Sequence record: NC_042013.1
DNA: 64,000 nt
Direction: 5' to 3' (one strand)
Both the position numbers and the translations under genes were made by a program. The notes under the pieces were generated by a model. That model was not told the DNA's origin. It ran no database searches and worked only from the letters and a program-made list of their open reading frames with translations. Shown piece by piece: positions 57,018 through 64,000 of this stretch. Each line of letters starts with the position of its first letter. The stretch's first letter is position 1.

Positions 57018-58199
57018 TTATTTGAACATAAAAACAGATGTTATGCCAAATGCACCAACAATAAGAGTTTTGTCACCTGTAAATGCAACCGATGATCCAA
57101 AACGAGAATTGTTAGTCGTTCCAGAACCGGTTAACATACCACCAATACCAGAGGGGGTTCCTGACCAAACGTTGTTAATTTGTTCAAACGTATATACAGC
57201 ACCCGTATTAGATTGACGAGCTTGCGCACCGGCAGCGATTACGTTGCCGCTGTCATTGATAGATACCGATTGCCCTAAACGATCACTCGTAGCAGACTGT
57301 GGATCAATAATCGTTCCGTTTGAGTTAGAAACCGTTAGTATTTGTAAAAGGTTCATTGAATTGTCAAATAAGCGAATGTTTCCATTAACATTACCAACAG
57401 TAAATGCTGGAGCAGATGCTACAATTCTCGTCCCATTAGTATGAACAGAAAAACCAAAACCGCTTGTTGTTGTTTCAGAAATAGTAGTTATTGTTGGTGT
57501 TGACCATACCCCATTACTTCTTTTACTAAACATTACAACGCCGTTACCATTACCAGTAAGATCGCCGGGACCACCGGCCACCAATAGATCGCCTTTAATA
57601 CTAACACTAAAACCAATGTTTTGATTTGTTGTTGCTGGTGTAGATGATGATGGTACAGTTAACGTTGTGGTATATACCCAACTGGTTCCATTGTAATCAT
57701 ATATATGAACCGCACCGCAAGTATTTGCTTTAATATGTCCAACAGCTAAGGTTGTTCCATCAATAGCAGCGCCATATGAAAACCCGCTTTCAGTATATGC
57801 GGGAGGCGCTGTTATGATTTGTGCTGGAGTTGTCATATTCCATGAGCCTGCGGTTTTTGAAAACATATAGATTTCACCATTACCGGAGGCTGGCGACGTA
57901 GCCGCCATCAACCAATTACCAGATGCAGATAGACGATAGCCTAGACGACCGCTATTACTGAAAACTGCGGTAGAGAATAAAGACGTAAGAGTGTCACCAG
58001 TTATTGAATATCCTGTCAATGATCCTGAATTTGGCGCACCAACAAATACCTCATTACCTTCGGCTTCTACCGTAAAACCGAAATTGGTTTTTGAAACGGT
58101 TTGTTTATTTTTTTCAGACACTTCAAAATGGTCAACTGGTGGCGGTGACCACTTATTAAAGGTTCCACTTAAATTTACGCCTCTTAACGAAATATGCAC
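57018..58199 (-). CDS. FG-GAP-repeat beta-propeller (probable virion adhesin)
   Basis: Repeats FG.SV...G..LVVGAP...G.VY. Confidence 0.8.
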   Translation of the reverse strand: MHISLRGVNLSGTFNKWSPPPVDHFEVSEKNKQTVSKTNFGFTVEAEGNEVFVGAPNSGSLTGYSITGDTLTSLFSTAVFSNSGRLGYRLSASGNWLMAATSPASGNGEIYMFSKTAGSWNMTTPAQIITAPPAYTESGFSYGAAIDGTTLAVGHIKANTCGAVHIYDYNGTSWVYTTTLTVPSSSTPATTNQNIGFSVSIKGDLLVAGGPGDLTGNGNGVVMFSKRSNGVWSTPTITTISETTTSGFGFSVHTNGTRIVASAPAFTVGNVNGNIRLFDNSMNLLQILTVSNSNGTIIDPQSATSDRLGQSVSINDSGNVIAAGAQARQSNTGAVYTFEQINNVWSGTPSGIGGMLTGSGTTNNSRFGSSVAFTGDKTLIVGAFGITSVFMFK

Positions 58200-58204
58200 A
58201 ATTA

Positions 58205-59194
58205 TTATCCTACAGCCAATATACCGATGCGAGCGCCAGAAATGATATTAGGAACTGTTGTTGATACTGAGTCACCAATAGAACCATAACGCATAGAACC
58301 CCACGCCGAAACATACTTTCTTGCAGTTGATTCTCCGTACATAGTAATGTTAATATCCTGACCTACTGAGAATGAAGCGGATGATGCAAGGCACATCAAA
58401 TCCATTTCTTCCATATACAAACTTCTTGATGTTGCAAAGCCGAATGGGAATTTAACAACGTGAGAATTGTTGTCAAAAAGATTTGGCTGAGGCCATTCCA
58501 TTGAAATCTTTCCAAAAAGATATGCATTAGTATCTGTGAGGTTTGTAGTACCCATTGAGTTAGTGTTGTTTCGATCTGTTTCGCGAACAATACCCCAATC
58601 AAAATATGCTGTAAGATTGGTTACCTGATGAACGAGATAAAAAATTGGTGCTTTACCATTGATTTTAGGCTCTCCATTTGTAGGATTAACCGGACGTTGG
58701 ATAACCAAGAAAAAGTTATTAGCAAGAATATTAGCAGATGCATTTTTCCACAAACCCAACGCGAATCCTCTTGACGTTAACGACAATCTATAAGTGAACT
58801 CGTCAGCCGTAGTTGGACGGTTGGTGTTATTAAACACGGTGTAAACAGGAGCGCTTGCAGAAACAGTAACAGCCGTTGAGGATGCGGTGAATTGTTCATT
58901 TGTACAAATAGCGACCGTAAGGGTGCTAAATGGAACGCCTGTTAAAGTAGGATCAGGTATTGCCTTAGTTCCTCTGAAAATCAAGTAATATTTTTGTGTA
59001 GGATCAGTAGTCAAAAGCAAGTCAACCGCTGATTGCGATTCTAAAACAACGATAGTTTCACTCGATGTATTAACGTCACCCTGAAATCTAGTAAACCAGT
59101 GCACGCCATTACCATTTGTCAATTCACTCATCAGAGTATTGAAAAATGTTAGGGTATTATTCAATGTTCCGCTTGTTACCGTATAAACAGCCAT
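58205..59194 (-). CDS. Virion structural protein, paralogue of 60152-61330
   Basis: RG..L..W, IQR.V, FPFG.....Y..E.DL, GQD motifs shared. Confidence 0.65.
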   Translation of the reverse strand: MAVYTVTSGTLNNTLTFFNTLMSELTNGNGVHWFTRFQGDVNTSSETIVVLESQSAVDLLLTTDPTQKYYLIFRGTKAIPDPTLTGVPFSTLTVAICTNEQFTASSTAVTVSASAPVYTVFNNTNRPTTADEFTYRLSLTSRGFALGLWKNASANILANNFFLVIQRPVNPTNGEPKINGKAPIFYLVHQVTNLTAYFDWGIVRETDRNNTNSMGTTNLTDTNAYLFGKISMEWPQPNLFDNNSHVVKFPFGFATSRSLYMEEMDLMCLASSASFSVGQDINITMYGESTARKYVSAWGSMRYGSIGDSVSTTVPNIISGARIGILAVG

Positions 59195-59229
59195 TTTAAA
59201 ATTCTCCGAAATATAAATCTTTTATGTAT

Positions 59230-60135
59230 TTATTGCGCAGGGCGCATTTTAGGATTCATTCTACCACTTAAAATAGGCCCAATATGGAAAGGTCTACCCT
59301 TACCAACTCGACCAAACATGATAGGCGTCAAAATAACCCCGGTTATAATATGACATCTTGCACTTCGTCCAATGTAGCTAATAGTTGTTGGTAACAACTT
59401 ACAAGAAAATCTTCCAATGAAAACAGAGGCGGTAAATTCAGAATTTGAGATACCCTTAACATTGCAAACTTTATTACCAATTCTATCAGTATCACTACCA
59501 AATATGTCAGTTGTATAACAACTATATCTAATATATCCCGGTATAGCCGAAATATTAATTGGGTATTGTGTTATAGCAGGAATTCTACACGCTCTTGAAC
59601 TTACATCGCTACGTATCATAGGATCAGTAACCATACATAGCCAATTAAGACTTGCGTGTAAAACTGCTAAATCTTCTATAATGATATCCTTACGACATAC
59701 CGCCTGACCATCATTAGTTACTTCTTTTTCTTCAGAAATGTAGCAATATCTATTATCAAGAGAAATATCAATTTCTTCAGTTTTAATAGGTAACGTATGA
59801 CAGATTCGTGATCCTTCATTACCTTTATCAAGTATGGCACTTGGTAATGGCTTACAAAATGATTTATAATTATCAATTGTAAAATGAACAGACGAAATAC
59901 CACATCTCGCTTTTTCGGATTCGGTGTCTGTTGGAAGCATTGGATATGTATTGCAATTAACGGATGGTTTGAATCCATAAAATGTGGTAATGTCAGCCGT
60001 TTTTAATTTTCGGCATAAACGCATAGCTGTCCTGACTTGAAAAACATTACGCATATTCAAGCCGGGACATCTAGGTCTGACCGCTGTATTAAAATCAGGA
60101 TCAAATGGTATTGTTATTAATGGTTCATCGGCCAT
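59230..60135 (-). CDS. Cys-rich repetitive protein in structural cluster
   Basis: Recurrent (G/D)x(R/K)xC-like motifs. Confidence 0.55.
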   Translation of the reverse strand: MADEPLITIPFDPDFNTAVRPRCPGLNMRNVFQVRTAMRLCRKLKTADITTFYGFKPSVNCNTYPMLPTDTESEKARCGISSVHFTIDNYKSFCKPLPSAILDKGNEGSRICHTLPIKTEEIDISLDNRYCYISEEKEVTNDGQAVCRKDIIIEDLAVLHASLNWLCMVTDPMIRSDVSSRACRIPAITQYPINISAIPGYIRYSCYTTDIFGSDTDRIGNKVCNVKGISNSEFTASVFIGRFSCKLLPTTISYIGRSARCHIITGVILTPIMFGRVGKGRPFHIGPILSGRMNPKMRPAQ

Positions 60136-60151
60136 TTATAACCCCTTTGTA

Positions 60152-61330
60152 TTAAACGCCGGGACCACCGGTTAGCATAAAGACGCGAATACCGCCATTA
60201 TTAGCAACGCGCTGGTTGTTTGATGACAATGCAGTATATGTACGATTCTGGTTATACACGTTAATTGGAACGTCCTGACCGGAACCATAAGCGTCTGCTT
60301 TTGAAACTGCAATCAAATCGATTTCATCAGAATACGAGAAACGATCTGACGTAAGACCAAATGGGAAAACAAGAATATAATCACCGAGATCGTTAGTAAC
60401 AGGTGTAGACCAACGAACCGGGAAATAGTTCAATGATGAACCACCTAATTCTCGGATGTCAGAAATAACGTTAGCCGCGTAACCAGAACCATTCGGATTT
60501 CCAATAGACGCATTAGCATTTTCCCAATTAGGATAAGGCAAGTCGACTCCAGTAGCGCGAATAATTTGATAGTACCATTGGTTTTTTGTTGGTGTCGGAT
60601 ATGCGTCAGTACCAAGCTCGACGTTAGTCGGGTTAGAATTCATAACCATGTACAATGGCTTTGTATTAGAAATATTTGGATCACCTGCACAGTTAACGCC
60701 ACGTTGAATACATACAATACCCATCATACGCGTATCTTCTGTTAATACGGTAGGCCACGCTGCAAGAACAATACCACGATTAACAATAGTCATACGGAAT
60801 GACATTGGAAATGCAGTGCTAATACGTGCAAATTCAGGGCGCGCATAAATTCCAAGAACAGCAGCCTGACCGGGTGCTATAGAGCCATAAAGAGCAGGAA
60901 CAAGAGCATATTCACGAAGGGATGCACCCGTCAGATTATCACCCATCAAACGGGATGATGGTCCAACACGATAATACAAGCCAACATTAGAAACGTTTAT
61001 TTGTACGTTGGTTCCATTCGAATCCTTGCCCCATGTAGAACCATTACCTTTAACTTCAAGTCTAATCATCCACGGATCGGTTTCAACAATTGGGTCAACT
61101 GCGGCAGTCGGTACAAGAGTAATTTTTGTCCAAATAGTAGTTTGCGCACGAGAGTTAAGAGCGGTTCCAGCAGTGGCCGCTTCATCATCGATAGCATATA
61201 CATTAAATCCTCCTGCAATCATATCTTTGACGATTTGGAAAGCAAGACACTTTGCTTCTTCCGCAGGATTACCAAGCTGACCAACGGTTGGAATCTGCTG
61301 TGAAAAATTTGATCTAAAATAACTTGGCAT
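60152..61330 (-). CDS. Virion structural protein, paralogue of 58205-59194
   Basis: Shared motifs as above; TAAATA at 61363-61368. Confidence 0.65.
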   Translation of the reverse strand: MPSYFRSNFSQQIPTVGQLGNPAEEAKCLAFQIVKDMIAGGFNVYAIDDEAATAGTALNSRAQTTIWTKITLVPTAAVDPIVETDPWMIRLEVKGNGSTWGKDSNGTNVQINVSNVGLYYRVGPSSRLMGDNLTGASLREYALVPALYGSIAPGQAAVLGIYARPEFARISTAFPMSFRMTIVNRGIVLAAWPTVLTEDTRMMGIVCIQRGVNCAGDPNISNTKPLYMVMNSNPTNVELGTDAYPTPTKNQWYYQIIRATGVDLPYPNWENANASIGNPNGSGYAANVISDIRELGGSSLNYFPVRWSTPVTNDLGDYILVFPFGLTSDRFSYSDEIDLIAVSKADAYGSGQDVPINVYNQNRTYTALSSNNQRVANNGGIRVFMLTGGPGV

Positions 61331-61376
61331 TTTTTCGTGTTCCTTATACTATCTGTTTTTAGTATTTACCAAAATA

Positions 61377-62309
61377 TCAAGAAAGAACTTGAACATTAAT
61401 AGTAATCACTTGACCGGCAACACCGGTATTTGTTATTTTCCAATATGTATGATCAGCCGAAGGATCAGTTAAATTAACTAAATTAATAAAACGTTCACCA
61501 TAATATCGTTGACCGCCGATAACATAACTACCATCATCAAACAGTTGCGATTCTACTGCGACAAATCTATACGGATTAGTATCATCGTAAGATTCAAATG
61601 CACTACATTCAACCGCACAAGGGGCATTGACGAGCGTTTCTATCAGTATGCAAGAACCACCCGTAGCCAATGTAAATTCGTATGACTCGTCAACGTCGAG
61701 CGCTGGTGTTGAATATGACAAGGTTATCTTTTGTTGTGATGATCCAGTTCCAGACCCACCACCAAACGAACCTGTATATTGCCAACCCTCAATGTATAAA
61801 ACATCAGAATCTAACGATGGTGTTTGGTTGGGGAAATATAAAATACCGGAACCATAATCGAATTCCCATTCGTAATTTTGCTCATATGGTAATAATTGTT
61901 CAATATCAATAGTTGAAATAGTTGGATTAGCCGTCCATACTTTTACCGTATAACTTCTATGCAGTGTTTCAGGAATCCAATTTGTGATTCGGTTGTTATC
62001 CGTAATTCCGATATTTGGTTCTCTTAGAGCAATCCAAGCATTAGGACTGTTAGGATCACGCACCAATACACCGGCATTTTCCCCTTTAAAGGGAAACATG
62101 ATTCTAGACCAATACGCATTAGGATTTGGAAATTCGTCACTCGGTGCAACTAGAGGAATATTGTCGCTATTACTCCAAATTTGACGTTGCATAATAGGAG
62201 AATTGGACGCATATCGTTCATTATACGATTGTTTACTTGTGCCGGTAGATGTTACATTTTTTGACTTTTTCCAAAGGATGTCAATTTTTTGTTCGTTATT
62301 TAACGCCAT
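61377..62309 (-). CDS. Putative virion structural protein
   Basis: KIDILWKK...W.FDY.SGIL.F...LYIEGWQY.G. Confidence 0.65.
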   Translation of the reverse strand: MALNNEQKIDILWKKSKNVTSTGTSKQSYNERYASNSPIMQRQIWSNSDNIPLVAPSDEFPNPNAYWSRIMFPFKGENAGVLVRDPNSPNAWIALREPNIGITDNNRITNWIPETLHRSYTVKVWTANPTISTIDIEQLLPYEQNYEWEFDYGSGILYFPNQTPSLDSDVLYIEGWQYTGSFGGGSGTGSSQQKITLSYSTPALDVDESYEFTLATGGSCILIETLVNAPCAVECSAFESYDDTNPYRFVAVESQLFDDGSYVIGGQRYYGERFINLVNLTDPSADHTYWKITNTGVAGQVITINVQVLS

Positions 62310-62310
62310 A

Positions 62311-64000
62311 TTATACTCCTAAAAATCTCAATCCAGTAATAGCATTCCCTTGAGACATTTCAAATCTAACTAATATGATGTTATTTAAATTTGCCGAGCT
62401 ACTTGTTTCACCGAATGTTACTCTAATAGTTTGTGTTCCACCAAACGCTGGTTTACCAATTGCACACCCACCGGGTACATCTTTACCGGGTGTTCCATAT
62501 CCAGCATATGGTTCTCTTGCGGAAATCCAACCATTAACAGCATACGGATACGCTCCTGTTTCCGGTAATGAAATATAAAGATTTGTATAAGTACCCTCAA
62601 CGTCAATAATAAAATCATTTACGGCAGCACGTCTAATCGCAAATGTAATGAATTGCGAATCATCTTTATTAGAATAATTTGGTCCAGTAGGAAGTGCATC
62701 GGTATAATCAGTTTTATCAAAACGAATTGCACCACCAACTATCGAGGCATCCCCTGTTTCAGTTTCTGCAAGAGAATCCCATGTTGTAGGAAGATCATTC
62801 CCATATGTCCATACAGGGAAACGTTCGTTTTCCATCGGAATGCGTGTGGCAAATAAATTACCACCTTCAACCAATTCACCCATGTTTATAACTGGAATTC
62901 CAGATTCCATAACCGGACTCATATCAAGAGTTTGTTCAACACCGTTCATAATATTAACAAGTTGCGGTATAACAAATTCGTTCGATCCATTTGCATTACG
63001 TGCAGATGCCTCAAAATTAATACTACCGTGAGCATTACGTCCATCGGCCATTTCAGTTTCGAAAATGACACCATTCACATCATAACCAGAACCTTTTTCA
63101 AGAACATCTGGTAATCCAAAATTACCGGGAACGGCATAAGCCGGTTCACCAACCTTAGTAGGAACAGTACGATATTCTATATTTTTAGTAGAAAGCGTCA
63201 AATTAGTTGCAAGATCGGCAACAGATGTTTCAAATACAAAATTTGTTCCCTGACCATAGTGTGGGATTCCAGATGACATAACGATTGTTTCAGTACCTTC
63301 AACAACCGCAACAGTTGCGTCATTAATGGTCGGAATAGTAAGATCGGTTTCTCTATAAAAATACAATTCGCTGGTTTCGCCAGTCTGACTATGTTTCATA
63401 GAAATTGAATTAAGGTTGTCTGTTGCCGTAAGATCAATTACTCGAGCAACGATACCTTGACGAAAACCGGGGAAATCTGCGGGCATAGAAACATCAGACA
63501 TAATCTGCAAATTACCATAGGTGCCAACGTTAGAACTTCCAGTTAACGTGACATCAGCAATTGTAGAGTTATTATGATCTAACGTCAAAATACCGGAATT
63601 ACCATTACCAAAAGGCCCAATAGGCAATGTTTCTACTTTTGTTCCAATAAGTTTATCAATCGCAAAACCAGCTTCTGGTAGATTTAGAGTCACATCCCCT
63701 GCATCATATCCATCCGCGAGAACAATTCTTGCATCCATAAAAGTAGTTGATACGGCAGGAATAGTCAATGAAAATTCACTGATAGGGTCTGGACCTTTAG
63801 GGATGAATTGGTTTAATGCACGGTTAAGACCGTCAACCGCATCTGCAATAGTTGTCTCATTCGAAACAAAATAATCAAGGTAGCCGCCTACGTATGATCC
63901 ACTCGTTGGCTCGCGAATAACATCAACTGTATCACCTGTAAAAATAGGTCCAACACCTTTTTTACCAATATAACGATATCCTGAAACATAAAGAGTTGTA
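62311..64000 (-). CDS. Large virion structural protein, partial (N-terminus beyond window)
   Basis: Frame stays open from TTG 63768 to the window end (TLYVSGYRYIGKKG...); YVSGYRYIG echoes YIEGWQYTG of the next gene. Confidence 0.7.
   Translation of the reverse strand, partial: TTLYVSGYRYIGKKGVGPIFTGDTVDVIREPTSGSYVGGYLDYFVSNETTIADAVDGLNRALNQFIPKGPDPISEFSLTIPAVSTTFMDARIVLADGYDAGDVTLNLPEAGFAIDKLIGTKVETLPIGPFGNGNSGILTLDHNNSTIADVTLTGSSNVGTYGNLQIMSDVSMPADFPGFRQGIVARVIDLTATDNLNSISMKHSQTGETSELYFYRETDLTIPTINDATVAVVEGTETIVMSSGIPHYGQGTNFVFETSVADLATNLTLSTKNIEYRTVPTKVGEPAYAVPGNFGLPDVLEKGSGYDVNGVIFETEMADGRNAHGSINFEASARNANGSNEFVIPQLVNIMNGVEQTLDMSPVMESGIPVINMGELVEGGNLFATRIPMENERFPVWTYGNDLPTTWDSLAETETGDASIVGGAIRFDKTDYTDALPTGPNYSNKDDSQFITFAIRRAAVNDFIIDVEGTYTNLYISLPETGAYPYAVNGWISAREPYAGYGTPGKDVPGGCAIGKPAFGGTQTIRVTFGETSSSANLNNIILVRFEMSQGNAITGLRFLGV

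Noticed and set aside
10157-61361. TAAAAACAGATA shared by two late leaders (10157-10168 and 61350-61361)
   Set aside because: AT-rich 12-mer seen only twice; chance cannot be excluded by eye
1-64000. Genome-wide stop-codon reassignment
   Set aside because: Well-supported genes are intact under code 11, and TGA is used as a stop in ATGA overlaps; only pth2 is anomalous

Overview
A 64 kb segment of an AT-rich, gene-dense lytic jumbo-phage genome with T4-like replication genes. A Rhizobiales-type alphaproteobacterial host is inferred from the PncB N-terminus and Clp/chaperone genes. Contents: NAD+ salvage (partial NMNAT, ADP-ribose-type Nudix, PncB), ThyX, RNA repair and translation support (Pnkp, Rnl1, Pth2, tRNA-Ser GCU), a MoxR AAA+/VWA pair, replication genes (RNase H/FEN, sliding clamp, split PolB, NAD+ ligase, clamp loader, a DnaE fragment), chaperones (ClpA with IGF loop, DnaJ, GroES), lysis genes (holin candidate, i/o-spanins), PhoH, several nucleotide hydrolases and virion/tail-fibre genes. 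The strongest unexplained signal is regulatory. At about 15 promoters, both sigma70-like (TTGAC..TAnnnT) and late-type (TAAATA), an inverted repeat pairs the downstream ribosome-binding site with sequence at or upstream of the -10 box. Read-through mRNA would therefore be translationally silenced, while mRNA starting at the local promoter would not. Other notable items are an in-frame UGA at codon 7 of pth2, a dispersed family of about 10 small paralogues, a PncB-based NAD salvage route, an HQxxH pseudo-peptidase VWA protein and a DnaE fragment that stops just before its catalytic aspartates. All calls come from motif reading by eye; no database searches were run.
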